Shown here piece after piece: positions 1 through 9,720 of a stretch of 24,208 bases of DNA (position 1 is the first letter of the stretch; the number at the start of each line of letters is the position of its first letter). Under the pieces are notes generated by a model. That model worked only from the letters and a program-made list of their open reading frames with translations, did no database searches and was not told the DNA's origin. The stretch is taken from the IMG/VR virus record IMGVR_UViG_3300028018_000008, positions 1 through 24,208 of that record, one strand, 5' to 3'. A program made the translations under genes and the position numbers. The stretch is from a virus. Its lineage: Duplodnaviria; Caudoviricetes.

Positions 1-150
1 TCGCGTCTCACTGCCAGCTATGCGATCACGCAATCGGGATTCCCGCTGGTCGATCTCGTCGCGGGGCACCACCACACGCGCAACCGAGACGCGCCACTCA
101 GAAATCTGCGCCGTCAACTCGCGGATCGTGTCCCGTTCAGCGCCGTTCAA
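1..150 (-). CDS. Hypothetical protein, partial (runs off window)
   Basis: Hand-translated open frame from TTG at 150: MNGAERDTIRELTAQISEWRVSVARVVVPRDEIDQRESRLRDRIAGSETR...; not in ORF track; weak RBS. Confidence 0.45.
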   Translation of the reverse strand, partial: MNGAERDTIRELTAQISEWRVSVARVVVPRDEIDQRESRLRDRIAGSETR

Positions 151-158
151 CGGGACAT

Positions 159-482
159 CTATTCAAGCCCGAATAAATTCTTGAGGTCGCGTGCATCGCT
201 CGCGGCCAAGCTGAGCGCGATTGCCAGCCGGTCCACCACGGCGATACGTGGGTCGGGTGGGGTCGGCTGCGTCTTATGCGCCTGCACGAGCGCCTCGATC
301 GCACCTGCGTCCTCGTCGTCGGCCACGAGGACAGTCACCTCCGAGGCTGTCGCCTCTACCCGCAGATGATCCTCGTCAGCCGCACCGTTCGTCACGCGCG
401 CACAGGTCGAGTGCGCCGCCAGAATCGCGTCCATGATCTGCGAGGGATCGGCGTCTTGCTTTTCTACCTTGATCTGCTGCAT
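159..482 (-). CDS. Small hypothetical protein after tail fibre (possible fibre chaperone)
   Basis: ATG at 482 (MQQIKVEK...), 8 nt after the upstream stop; function from position only. Confidence 0.6.
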   Translation of the reverse strand: MQQIKVEKQDADPSQIMDAILAAHSTCARVTNGAADEDHLRVEATASEVTVLVADDEDAGAIEALVQAHKTQPTPPDPRIAVVDRLAIALSLAASDARDLKNLFGLE

Positions 483-490
483 GTTACATC

Positions 491-1636
491 CTATGAACTT
501 GCTGGAGCGACCCACGCCATGCCGAATTCGGGTATGAAATTTCCAGTGGTGACACTATTCAAGGCTCCCCCACTGGTCTGGTAGACGTTGCAGGTCACGT
601 AATCCGCGGCGCTGAATTCCCACAGGCATTGCGCCATGAAATCCGCTTCCCCCATCGCCGCTGTGGGCGTTTTCTTGACCCGGCAGATGATCGTGGAGCC
701 GTTCACCTTCAGGTCAATCACCCTATAGCCCACGGTGTTCGACGCGAACCCGACATTTGCAAATATGGCGTATACCCCCGCCGTCGTGGCCGTGAGGCGC
801 TCGGTATTTGAGACTGTCGAGTGCATCGAGTCGGTGTCGAATCGTTCGGAGTTGAACGTCAAGTCGGTCGTAGTGGCGGTCGCTATGCTCTGATTGGCGT
901 CATTGTAGACCCGCACCGCTGGACCGGGGCCGGGCTGAAACGTCGGAGCCGCCCCTGCGCCGTTGCTCGTCAGCACATTGGTCGCCGTTCCGGCACCCAC
1001 CGTTGCCGCTTCACCGCTGGCGTTCCACGTGATTAGCTCGCCATCGGTACCGTCTGCGAGGGCGCTGATCCCAATGCTGTCGGCTTGGATTTGTCCAGAG
1101 CCGACCTTGATCAACTGACCGCCGCCGCTCAGGTTGAACTGAACCGTGCCGGTACTCGCGTGGCTGGTCATCACGACGCCCACCCGCTGGCTGATCTGGG
1201 CGCTCCCGGTCAACGCCGTGGCCGTCCAGCCGCCCGCTGTGGCGCTCAGATACACCGCGTCCCCTACGGACGAGCCGCTCGTGTCCTGCGACCCGAGTTC
1301 ATAGCCCCGGAATACATATCCGGTGGCACCGTTTGCTATCGCCGCAACGCCCACCCACTCGGCTGCCACCGAGTCCCCGTCAGCCTTCGCGACGGTGGGC
1401 ATGGACGAGCCAGCGTTGTACCCGTTGATGTGGAGGAGATCGCCAGCCGCAAGCGCCCCACCGGTCGCGTTGTGGACCGGAATGCCGAGCCGCAAATCCT
1501 GAATATGCCCGGTCGAGGTCTGCCCACCGATCCACGCCTCGTTAGAAATGGTTCCATCCCAAATCACCTCGGTCAGCACGTCGCCCGCTGCTCGGTCGAG
1601 CGAATCGGGGTCGGTCCATGTTTCTGCAATCGCCAT
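491..1636 (-). CDS. Tail fibre / receptor-binding structural protein with C-terminal C1q-like beta-sandwich
   Basis: Gly/Ala/Thr-rich; C-terminal pattern LTFNSERFDTDSMH...TAGVYAIFANVGF...ADYVTCNVYQTSG resembles C1q-like fibre heads; RBS AGGAG; follows tail-tip gene. Confidence 0.7.
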   Translation of the reverse strand: MAIAETWTDPDSLDRAAGDVLTEVIWDGTISNEAWIGGQTSTGHIQDLRLGIPVHNATGGALAAGDLLHINGYNAGSSMPTVAKADGDSVAAEWVGVAAIANGATGYVFRGYELGSQDTSGSSVGDAVYLSATAGGWTATALTGSAQISQRVGVVMTSHASTGTVQFNLSGGGQLIKVGSGQIQADSIGISALADGTDGELITWNASGEAATVGAGTATNVLTSNGAGAAPTFQPGPGPAVRVYNDANQSIATATTTDLTFNSERFDTDSMHSTVSNTERLTATTAGVYAIFANVGFASNTVGYRVIDLKVNGSTIICRVKKTPTAAMGEADFMAQCLWEFSAADYVTCNVYQTSGGALNSVTTGNFIPEFGMAWVAPASS

Positions 1637-1650
1637 CAGTTTCTCCTGAC

Positions 1651-2862
1651 CTATACCCCGATGTAGTTCCCGATGCCCGTGACGTCTATCACCACGGGGA
1701 TGCCAGCCGCCGCAGGCACTTCGCTAAGTCCCCATTCGGTGATGTGCCGCTGCACACCAGACGAAGCCTCGGACGTTTGGCTGATCGACTCGACGAAGAA
1801 ATCCTTATCCGTCCCGCCAAATGGCTCGGTCATTCGCACCCGCCATCCGATCTCGCTCCCCAGCATTGACGGCGTGGTCGTATCCGAGGACACCATCGTG
1901 GCGGTGGCCGGATTCTTGGGGTCTTTGTAGCGGAGAACCCGCAGGTTCGCGCGGGCCTGCGCTGCTGCGTCTGTGGATATGTAGGGCGTCGTGAGGCCAC
2001 CCATGTCTCGCCGTCCGAACGCATTGATCGAGTCAGTATCGGTCGCCGTCTGGGCCGTGGAGCCGGTCATCGTGACCTCAGCCGCGTTGTAAATCGTGGA
2101 GATGGAATTGCTGCTCTCGAAGCCCATCAGCGTATCGGATGCCCCGTCAATGTCCGCACTCGTCGCCACGCTCGCATACCGGGCGTTCCGATTGTCAAAC
2201 GTCGCGACGCCGCTGCCGTCCATGTAGAACAGGCCCATCTCGCTCTGGAGGAGGTCGTTGATTAGGCTAAGGCACGTCTTGGTACCGTCTGCGCTGAAAT
2301 CTGGGATAGTGTCGCCGGTATCAATCGACCGCAGAGTCGCGGGCCATTCCACCTCGTCCAATATCAGCCCAATTGCAGCACCCGTGGTTGTCGTGGAGGT
2401 CGCAGAGATGGTGGGCTTTCTCAGGGTCAACCAGCTAAATAGGTCGGCACATTCCAGTTGCGTAACGGGCGAATCGGGGTCCGCACTGGAGCCGATGCTG
2501 GTCAGAAAGCCGTAGAAGAGCCCGTAGGTCGTCCCTGAATATGTCGCCTTGATCCTCACAGGGCGGAACGGCTTGACGTTTGGGTAGAGCGATGACCCCG
2601 TATTCGCCGGGTTGTATAAGCCCGACTGGTCCCGCAGCCGGATGGTGGCAGTCCCAGCGAGCATCTGCGTCTTGTCGTTGCTGCGGCCTCGCGATGTCGC
2701 GAAGCCCACGGTGTCGCCTGTTACGTCCTCGAACCCCACGTCGTCGGGCCACCCGGCGATTACATCAGTGCCGCCCACCGTGCTGACATTGATGCGGAAC
2801 AGACCTTCAAGCGACCCGCCCCATGCGACCTCTAACGTGTACGTGATCCCCGTGCCAGCCAT
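1651..2862 (-). CDS. Minor tail / tail-tip hub protein
   Basis: Directly after tape measure (TGATG overlap); TSRGRS...AGTATIRLRD..G.YNP and SE.GLFYMDGSG.ATF..R patterns typical of siphophage minor tail proteins. Confidence 0.7.
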   Translation of the reverse strand: MAGTGITYTLEVAWGGSLEGLFRINVSTVGGTDVIAGWPDDVGFEDVTGDTVGFATSRGRSNDKTQMLAGTATIRLRDQSGLYNPANTGSSLYPNVKPFRPVRIKATYSGTTYGLFYGFLTSIGSSADPDSPVTQLECADLFSWLTLRKPTISATSTTTTGAAIGLILDEVEWPATLRSIDTGDTIPDFSADGTKTCLSLINDLLQSEMGLFYMDGSGVATFDNRNARYASVATSADIDGASDTLMGFESSNSISTIYNAAEVTMTGSTAQTATDTDSINAFGRRDMGGLTTPYISTDAAAQARANLRVLRYKDPKNPATATMVSSDTTTPSMLGSEIGWRVRMTEPFGGTDKDFFVESISQTSEASSGVQRHITEWGLSEVPAAAGIPVVIDVTGIGNYIGV

Positions 2863-5800
2863 CAGGCCACGACCGAGGTAACGTCAAGCACCGAGCCGTT
2901 CAGCCGCGTCGCGTCGCGCATCGCACGCACAGCGAGCGCCGATAGTTGCCGCTCGGTGACGATGGACCCCTGCACGATGATCGTCTGCTGGACTGAGGAG
3001 CGCCCGCTCCGCATTTGTCCGGGCGTGGATACCGTCACCCGCTCGCCCGGCGTCGCGCGGAAGCCCACCAGTTGCGAATCTGGCCCACCGCTCCCGCCCA
3101 CCGTGAACGCGCCGCCATGCTGGAATCCGAACGCCCCGGCAATGCCGCCGATGAGCGGGACGTCCTTGACGGCTTCCCTCACCTTCTTGGGGATTTCCTT
3201 GATCTTGTTGAAGAACCCAGAAACCTTGCCCATGATCGCGTTGAACATGCCCACGATCCCGTCCCTGAGGCCGGTCACGATACCCAGCACCCGGTCCTTG
3301 GCCGTAGTCCATGCACCTACGAACCAGCTTAGGAGGCCCTTCCACTTGTCGGAAATCCAACTGATTAGGGCCGTGAATACCTCGATCATCTTGGTGCGGA
3401 GGCCGAAGGCATCTGTCCCGAAGGCTACGATCAAACCGAGCGGACCCGTGAACACCATCGCGATAATCGTGACGATCTCCTGCCAATTCTCGGAGAGCCA
3501 GTCGATGATGCCCTGAAACGCCTCAATGAAGAACGTCCCGATCTCCGCCAAACGGTCGGTGAAGAACTCGCCCAGCGCGGTCAAACTCTCGGTCAGGAAG
3601 CTGCTGACCACGTCCCATATTTCCATGATCTTCGCGCTTACATCGTCCCAATTCTTCGCGAGGAGCAAGGCAATGGCGATCAGCGCAACGATTGCCACGA
3701 TGGTGATGGTAATTGGGCTCGTAAGAATAGCCATGACCGTCGCGAACGCACCGGCGGCTACCGTGATCAACGTGAACGCACCCGAGGCCAACGTCAAACC
3801 TACTGTCAGGAGCGGAAGGATCACCGTCGTATACGTCATCCAGATCAGGAGTGCGGCTAACGGCACCAGCAGCACGGCAATGATGTCGTCGAGACCCTTC
3901 ACGACATCCCACGCGGCCTGAAAATCGCCTTTCAGGAGGTTGGTGACTAGGGAGAGCGCGCCAAGCAGCACCCCTCCGAAGATTGCCGCAATCGCCAGCA
4001 CGACGGGAAGCACGTGTTTTCTGGTCCACTCGATCCACGGCTTGAGGACGTTTTCGAGCAAGAAGGTGAATAGCCCGCTGACGGTGCCAATCGCGTCTGA
4101 CAGTGCGCCCGCCAGCACCTTGACGATATCGTCGAAGATCGGCAGCAGGTCCTTTTCGAGCGCCTCTGCGATGTCGTTCCAGACGGCGAGCAGCGGTGGC
4201 AGGATGTTCTTGGCTAAGGACGTGGAGATCGGCCCTAACTCACCAACGAGAGCTTTGACGACATCAGCCACACTTGTCGCGATTGTCCCAAGCGACTCGC
4301 CCAGCCGTTTCAGCAAATCAACGGTTGGCCTCAACGCTGGCCCGACCGTGTCAACAAGCAGCGCACCGAACTCGTCCAGTGCCGGTCCTACGTTCGCGAT
4401 GATGTTGGTCGCCATACCCGCGACACTCTCGGCAAAATCCTTCGCCGGTACAGCCAGATCGGTCATGACCCCGACCAGATTCTCGATAGCTTTGCCGAGG
4501 TTTTCACCCAGCACCCCTGCGAGTTCCTCGGCCGCCCCCATCATCGAGTCGAAGATGTTGGGCGCATTGGGGTCGGCATCTGGTCCACCGAAGAACGAGT
4601 TCCACGCGGACGTGAGACTGTCGATGGCTCCCGCCACAATCGGAATGATGGTCTCACCGAATTTCTGAAGAACTGGTATCAGCTTCCCGATCAATTCGAG
4701 CATCTTGACCCAGCCGGGAAGCAGCAGATGCACGATCACGGGGATCAACGGCCCCATCTTGTCCATGATCTCCTTGAAGCTGGACCCGAGGGTGTCACCG
4801 AGCGTCTTGAAACTCGCGGTGATCGGCTCCAGCGCATCCTTCACGGCGGTGAGTGGACCTTCGAGCGTCTCAAGAATGCCCCGCGCCGTCTCGACCGGGT
4901 GGACTATCTTGTCCCATGCCACGATTGCGAGGTCGATTGCCTTGTGACCGGCGTACTGCTTTCCCGTCACGCGGTCGAGGGCGGTGCCCATCGCGCTAAA
5001 GGCGTCATTCACCGGCCCTAGTACGCCTTCGAGTTTAGGAACTTCGTCGATCAGGTAGGTGAGTGGCCCCCCTGCATCACTGGCGCTAATTCTTATGGCT
5101 TCGAGCGTCCCGCCTGTACCACCCCAAGCGTTGCCTGCCTCTACAACATCCCCAAACAGCCCAGCAAGATCGCGGAAGCTCTGGGCGAAGTCCTTGACCT
5201 TGCCGACGGTGGCGTCAATCGCTGCGGGTAACTTGTCGGCTAGAAATTCTGCAATTGGCGTGAGGACGGGCAGGATGAGTAGACCCACCGCGATGAAGCC
5301 GGTCTTGAACGCCGCGCCCACGCGCTTCATCTGGAACCCGAAGCTGGCGCTCATGGTGGCGAACGCGGCATCGGCAGCACCAGCGGAGTTATCCATCCCC
5401 TCCATGTTGCGAGCAAACGCCTCACCCTGAGCGCCCGTCACGCCTAGCACGCCTTGGACGCCCTCGATGGAACCCAGCAGTTTGGTCATTCCGGCCACGC
5501 TGCCGCCCGTCGCCTTGCTGACGATCTCCGAAGCCTTCGCAAATCCCAGTTCCCGGACGGCTAGCTCGCCACTTGCGAACCCGGCTTCCTCGAAGATCGC
5601 GGTGAGTTCGGCGCTGGGCTTGGTCAGAGATTGGATCGCTGATCGGATTTGCGTGGTCGCGACAGCGGTCGCCGTACCGCTGGCCGTCATCGTCGCGAGT
5701 GCCGCGCTGACCTCGCCAAAGGACACCCCCGTGGCATTCGCCAGCGGAGCGACGTTCGCAATCGAGGCGGAAAGCTGCGCGAAGTCTGTCTTGCCCGCCT

Positions 5801-6299
5801 TGACGGTGGCGAACATTATGTCCGCAGCCTCCGCCGCCGTAATGTTCTGGCTGGAGAAGGCGTTGGTGACCGTCGAAATACCGTCAACGGCAGTCTCCGC
5901 GTCAGTTACGCCAGCGATGGCGGCCTTGCTTGCCGTTTCGAGAAAGGCCAATGCGTTCTCGGGAGGCACACCCGCGCTGATCGCTTGGTAGAGCGCACCC
6001 GTAGCCTCGACCGCATCAACCCCCAGACGCCGCGAGAGGGCGAGGACGCCATCCTCAAGCACAGCCATCTGCTCAGTGGGAACGCCGAGAGTGGCGACTT
6101 CCTTCATCGCCGTTTCGTAGGATGACGCCATCTTCACGGCGGCGAAGGAAGCCCCGGCAGTCGCGACGCTTGCCGCACCAACACCCACCGCCGCGATCTT
6201 GGCGAACTTGCCTATGTTCCCGCCGAGTGTCTTGAACTTGCCCGACGCCTCATCCTTTGCTTTGATGAGGATTTGGAGGTCGGCGGTGGAAACGGCCAT
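2862..6299 (-). CDS. Tail tape measure protein (TP901-family core)
   Basis: 1145 aa, Ala-rich and helical; ALYQAISAG, TVKAGKTDF..L motifs; hydrophobic segments; follows the chaperone pair. Confidence 0.95.
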   Translation of the reverse strand: MAVSTADLQILIKAKDEASGKFKTLGGNIGKFAKIAAVGVGAASVATAGASFAAVKMASSYETAMKEVATLGVPTEQMAVLEDGVLALSRRLGVDAVEATGALYQAISAGVPPENALAFLETASKAAIAGVTDAETAVDGISTVTNAFSSQNITAAEAADIMFATVKAGKTDFAQLSASIANVAPLANATGVSFGEVSAALATMTASGTATAVATTQIRSAIQSLTKPSAELTAIFEEAGFASGELAVRELGFAKASEIVSKATGGSVAGMTKLLGSIEGVQGVLGVTGAQGEAFARNMEGMDNSAGAADAAFATMSASFGFQMKRVGAAFKTGFIAVGLLILPVLTPIAEFLADKLPAAIDATVGKVKDFAQSFRDLAGLFGDVVEAGNAWGGTGGTLEAIRISASDAGGPLTYLIDEVPKLEGVLGPVNDAFSAMGTALDRVTGKQYAGHKAIDLAIVAWDKIVHPVETARGILETLEGPLTAVKDALEPITASFKTLGDTLGSSFKEIMDKMGPLIPVIVHLLLPGWVKMLELIGKLIPVLQKFGETIIPIVAGAIDSLTSAWNSFFGGPDADPNAPNIFDSMMGAAEELAGVLGENLGKAIENLVGVMTDLAVPAKDFAESVAGMATNIIANVGPALDEFGALLVDTVGPALRPTVDLLKRLGESLGTIATSVADVVKALVGELGPISTSLAKNILPPLLAVWNDIAEALEKDLLPIFDDIVKVLAGALSDAIGTVSGLFTFLLENVLKPWIEWTRKHVLPVVLAIAAIFGGVLLGALSLVTNLLKGDFQAAWDVVKGLDDIIAVLLVPLAALLIWMTYTTVILPLLTVGLTLASGAFTLITVAAGAFATVMAILTSPITITIVAIVALIAIALLLAKNWDDVSAKIMEIWDVVSSFLTESLTALGEFFTDRLAEIGTFFIEAFQGIIDWLSENWQEIVTIIAMVFTGPLGLIVAFGTDAFGLRTKMIEVFTALISWISDKWKGLLSWFVGAWTTAKDRVLGIVTGLRDGIVGMFNAIMGKVSGFFNKIKEIPKKVREAVKDVPLIGGIAGAFGFQHGGAFTVGGSGGPDSQLVGFRATPGERVTVSTPGQMRSGRSSVQQTIIVQGSIVTERQLSALAVRAMRDATRLNGSVLDVTSVVA

Positions 6300-6523
6300 T
6301 ACCGGCGTGGCCTAGCGTCGCGCTTGGCCCAACGCGATTGGGTATCCTCGGCCTTCGCCTTAGCCGATAGCAGCAGCCTCAGCGCCAACCCTGCTCGGGC
6401 TGGCATCTGCACCACCTCGTCCCAGCTTAGACCGAGTTCCTGCATCAGAAATACCTCGCTCAACTCGTCCGGCAGAGCCGCGCCGCTCAGGTAGGCTCGC
6501 TCAGCGGCGCTGCTCCATTTCCC
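6299..6523 (-). CDS. Tail assembly chaperone -1 frameshift extension (gpGT-like C-terminal part)
   Basis: -1 frame from GGGAAAT reads GKWSSAAERAYLSGAALPDELSEVFLMQELGLSWDEVVQMP...RPRR to TAA overlapping the tape measure ATG. Confidence 0.8.
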   Translation of the reverse strand, partial: GKWSSAAERAYLSGAALPDELSEVFLMQELGLSWDEVVQMPARAGLALRLLLSAKAKAEDTQSRWAKRDARPRR

Positions 6524-6897
6524 TGCTCTTCTCTCGTTACCAGCGACCGCCGACCGATTTCGCGGAACGCGAAGACCGAAGTCTCCTCGTCGAGGATTTT
6601 GTAGCCCTCGTTGGTAAACGGCAGCTCGTAGGTCCAGCCCTTCAGGCCATACGCGAGGACCGTCGCCTTGTCGAGCGCGTCGAGTGGGTCCGCCGGTTCC
6701 GATTGCGCTTGTTGATCGCCCTGTAGCCCCTTGATCGTGTCAGCGGAAAACCACGCGGCCTGCTTCATGACCTGCTCGGCCTTGACCTGCCGCGCTATTT
6801 CCAACTGGCTCCAATTCAGCGGCGCGAACTCAAGGCGCTCGCCCGGTTCGTGCGGAATATCGACCCACTGCCGCGCCGTATCTGCGATCAGCCCCAT
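6487..6897 (-). CDS. Tail assembly chaperone (gpG-like)
   Basis: ATG at 6897 (MGLIADTARQW) after GAGGAGG; between tail tube and tape measure; ends ...EQGNGAAPLSEPT. Confidence 0.85.
   Translation of the reverse strand: MGLIADTARQWVDIPHEPGERLEFAPLNWSQLEIARQVKAEQVMKQAAWFSADTIKGLQGDQQAQSEPADPLDALDKATVLAYGLKGWTYELPFTNEGYKILDEETSVFAFREIGRRSLVTREEQGNGAAPLSEPT
6517..6523 (-). other. Programmed -1 ribosomal frameshift site G GGA AAT
   Basis: X XXY YYZ heptamer in the correct frame near the chaperone 3' end, as in lambda G/GT. Confidence 0.8.
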
Positions 6898-6919
6898 CTC
6901 TATCCTCCTCCTTGCCCCT

Positions 6920-7969
6920 CTAGGGGAAGCTCGCCACGTTGTTCTGGACCAGAATATCTGCGTCGATGCCACCGGTTGGGTCGTACTGCGAGAGTAGGTG
7001 CATGGACATGACGCTCGAACCGTCACGATCCGCGCCAATCTCTTCCATCGAGTCGTCGGCGTGGACGAAGCAGCCCCGGAGTTTGATGAACCTATTGAGC
7101 GCGGCGTCCGGTGACGAGAAAACCGCCCCGGCAATCCGCAGTTCAAGAAACCGCATCGTCCCGCTGTCCTTCTTCGCCATCTCAGTCTCGACGAAGTTGG
7201 AAGCCCCGGTATCGTACGTGCACTCAATGGTGACGTCCGTGGTTCGAGTCATCGGTTCCACACCGCTGAAATCGAGCGTGTCACGGCCATCCAGATAATA
7301 TTGCGGGGAAACGAGTGCGCTCTGCCCCCACACAAAACCGTACACCTGCCCCGAGATATTGGAGCCGCCGATGGCTGACCACGTGTCGTCCATGTGCGCC
7401 GACCACCGCAGGTTGGACGCGAACTCATTCGCCATCCCCGGCAGGCTGATCCCTGACGTGTAGGTGCTGTCGGTGGACTTGCGGGCGTCCATCGAGAACG
7501 AAATCTGCGGCAACGCCTCGACGCCACCAGTGATCTCGAAGCTGGACGTGATCCCGAACGCGGCCTCCACCTCCTGCTTCGTAGAACCGTCGTCCACAAC
7601 GAACTCTAGGGTGTACGAATCGACCGACGGCGCGGTCTGCGACGGCGAGAACGTCCACAAGCGAGCCTCGCCTGATCCGGGACTGGACGGCGTGACGCCG
7701 CCCTTCACGCCGCTGAGGAGCGGGAACAACACCTGCTCGAAATCAAGGTCGGTGGCGATCTCCAACTGCGACGCCTCGCGGGTCACCTTGGGCGTCGTGA
7801 CTGATCGCGACAGCACCCCGCTTAGCTGCCCGTCGAACATCTCCTGCGTCTGCTGCTGACGATAGGTCGCGCTCTTGGTGAGGAGTCGCCGGGTAGCGGC
7901 CACCGCCGTGCCCGCCGTGGATTCCTTCCCGATCTGTACCAGCGTCAGGGGCAAAATACCGGCTGCCAT
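6920..7969 (-). CDS. Major tail tube protein
   Basis: 349 aa acidic beta-rich protein; N-terminal QIGKEST.GTAVAAT pattern; RBS AAGGAG; precedes chaperones. Confidence 0.85.
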   Translation of the reverse strand: MAAGILPLTLVQIGKESTAGTAVAATRRLLTKSATYRQQQTQEMFDGQLSGVLSRSVTTPKVTREASQLEIATDLDFEQVLFPLLSGVKGGVTPSSPGSGEARLWTFSPSQTAPSVDSYTLEFVVDDGSTKQEVEAAFGITSSFEITGGVEALPQISFSMDARKSTDSTYTSGISLPGMANEFASNLRWSAHMDDTWSAIGGSNISGQVYGFVWGQSALVSPQYYLDGRDTLDFSGVEPMTRTTDVTIECTYDTGASNFVETEMAKKDSGTMRFLELRIAGAVFSSPDAALNRFIKLRGCFVHADDSMEEIGADRDGSSVMSMHLLSQYDPTGGIDADILVQNNVASFP

Positions 7970-8136
7970 CAGTTATCTCCTTCGGGCTTTTTGCCCCGTG
8001 CTGAATCCTTCTTGTACAGAGGCGAGCTTTCCACCTGCTCCTGCACACCTAGCTCCTTGACCTCTTTGTCGGTGAGATCACGCGCGGGCACCCCCGGAAT
8101 GAAGCGCCCTGCTTTATCTACGTACTTCCAGCCCAT
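7969..8136 (-). CDS. 55-aa hypothetical protein (not in ORF track)
   Basis: MGWKYVDKAGRFIPGVPARDLTDKEVKELGVQEQVESSPLYKKDSARGKKPEGDN; AGGGGG upstream; TGATG overlap with tail tube; fills the gap. Confidence 0.8.
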   Translation of the reverse strand: MGWKYVDKAGRFIPGVPARDLTDKEVKELGVQEQVESSPLYKKDSARGKKPEGDN

Positions 8137-8150
8137 CACAACCCCCTGAA

Positions 8151-8600
8151 TTAGCTAACGCTCACCGCGTCCATGATCTGCACGTCCATGAATAGATCAA
8201 GGCCGATGTAGTCCTGTCCGGCCCAGTTCAGCACGGCAAGCGTTGGATCGCCTCCGCGTAACGACGTGATATTGCACGCGCCGCTCAACTGGATGTCCGC
8301 GTTCTGGGCCGTGATAAGCGCGGTCATATACGAACTCGCGATGTCCGCCGCTTGGTCCTGATCGGCGTCCAGAATGGCTAGCTGCATACGGATCGTGTAG
8401 GACAGGATGCGGAGGCTGACATCCAACTCTTGGTTCTGTAGGGTCCACGAGTTCATGAAGCAGGGCGTGTCCGGCAAGGCCGAGGCCATCGGCGGCATGT
8501 ACTTGTAGGCTCGCAGGATCGAGCTACTGATCGGCGCGGTGATGCTCAGGCTCTCCTGCAACGTCACCACGTTCGCCATCACGGTTCGGATGTCGCCCAT
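8151..8600 (-). CDS. Putative tail terminator / completion protein
   Basis: ATG at 8600 (TAATG overlap); 149 aa; position between gp10-like gene and tail tube. Confidence 0.65.
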   Translation of the reverse strand: MGDIRTVMANVVTLQESLSITAPISSSILRAYKYMPPMASALPDTPCFMNSWTLQNQELDVSLRILSYTIRMQLAILDADQDQAADIASSYMTALITAQNADIQLSGACNITSLRGGDPTLAVLNWAGQDYIGLDLFMDVQIMDAVSVS

Positions 8601-9076
8601 TACCGCTTCCACCGCTTGCCGATGGCCTTGACCGCTCGGTCCATCATGGATGGGAGTTTCGCGCGAATGGCTTCCTCGGCGGCGCGCATGAAAAACCTAC
8701 CCTTGATCCCACGGCGTCCAATCGCCCGCGCCACTACAAACGCGGCGCTCGCAGGTATCCCGTGCCGACGCAGCCAGCCATGCAACGCGCTCGGCGGTGG
8801 CATCCGCTTGTTCCTGCCTCGACCGTACTCGACCGGGACGGCGTAATTGAGATTGCTGAAGATGCGGGCGCTGAACGGCTTTGCCTGCGAGTGGATGCTG
8901 CGCTTCAGCGCACCCGTATCGCGTGGCGCTCGCTGCTTGGCAGTGCGCTCGCCCACGATGGTGATGTCCTCCATCAACGTGGCGACGGCTTGCTCGTACA
9001 GGCGAGGCTTGAGCTTGCGGCTCAATTCTTCAAGACCCACGAGTTCAATGGTGATTCTACCGACGCGGGTCGCCAC
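8600..9076 (-). CDS. HK97 gp10-like neck / tail-completion protein
   Basis: GTG at 9076; APRDTGALKRSI, YAVPVEYG, GRFFMRAA motifs. Confidence 0.85.
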   Translation of the reverse strand: MATRVGRITIELVGLEELSRKLKPRLYEQAVATLMEDITIVGERTAKQRAPRDTGALKRSIHSQAKPFSARIFSNLNYAVPVEYGRGRNKRMPPPSALHGWLRRHGIPASAAFVVARAIGRRGIKGRFFMRAAEEAIRAKLPSMMDRAVKAIGKRWKR

Positions 9077-9693
9077 TAGAACAAGCTCCGCTTGCCATAC
9101 ATCTGCATGAGCGCGGTCACGATTTCCTGCGCCTGCGGACTCGTCTCCAGCACCGTCTCGCTCGTGATGTTTACGGACCGCGTCGCCCGTGGCGTCTCCA
9201 GCCGCAGGATGCCGGTCAACTGCACGCACGCCTGCGCGATAGGTCCGGGCACCGCCGGCCAGCCGAACGTCGCCGTGACCTCGACGCGGTGGTTGCCCCA
9301 CAGGTCTTTGCTCGACCACGGCGGGATGTGAATCTGCATATACGGCCCCGGCTCTGGACCGTCGGCCACGTTGTGCGGCAGCAACTCGTAATCGGTAGAG
9401 GCCCACGCAGACTCGTCCGCGAAGCTGCCGTCATCATCCTCATCGACCTTGATGCTGGTCAGCGTGACCAGATCGTCGATGAACAGCGACTTCGGCTGAT
9501 TGCTGAGGAGCGTCGTTTCGTACACCCGCGCCACGGCACTGGCGTCCACCGTGAACCAGCGGCCTAATCGCCGCTCCATATAACGGCTGATGGACGTGAG
9601 GTCGGTGAGGATTTCTGCGTCCTCGCCGGTGTCCGACTTGCTGACGAGATCACGGTAGGTACTCGCCGTTGCATAGGCGTCTGTAACTGCCAA
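9076..9693 (-). CDS. Head-to-tail adaptor (gp6/gp15-like)
   Basis: TTG start after GGGAG; YAT..., SRYMERRLGRWF, VEVTATFGWPAVP..IAQAC motifs. Confidence 0.8.
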   Translation of the reverse strand: MAVTDAYATASTYRDLVSKSDTGEDAEILTDLTSISRYMERRLGRWFTVDASAVARVYETTLLSNQPKSLFIDDLVTLTSIKVDEDDDGSFADESAWASTDYELLPHNVADGPEPGPYMQIHIPPWSSKDLWGNHRVEVTATFGWPAVPGPIAQACVQLTGILRLETPRATRSVNITSETVLETSPQAQEIVTALMQMYGKRSLF

Positions 9694-9720
9694 TTGCTAG
9701 CTCCCGCTTAGGCGTTAGAG

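Noticed and set aside
491-1636. Diversity-generating retroelement target in the fibre
   Set aside because: No reverse transcriptase and no template/variable repeat pair visible in the window
6898-9406. Long upstream extensions of ORFs 6487-7227 and 8600-9406
   Set aside because: They overlap real upstream genes out of frame; better starts with RBS or stop/start coupling at 6897 and 9076
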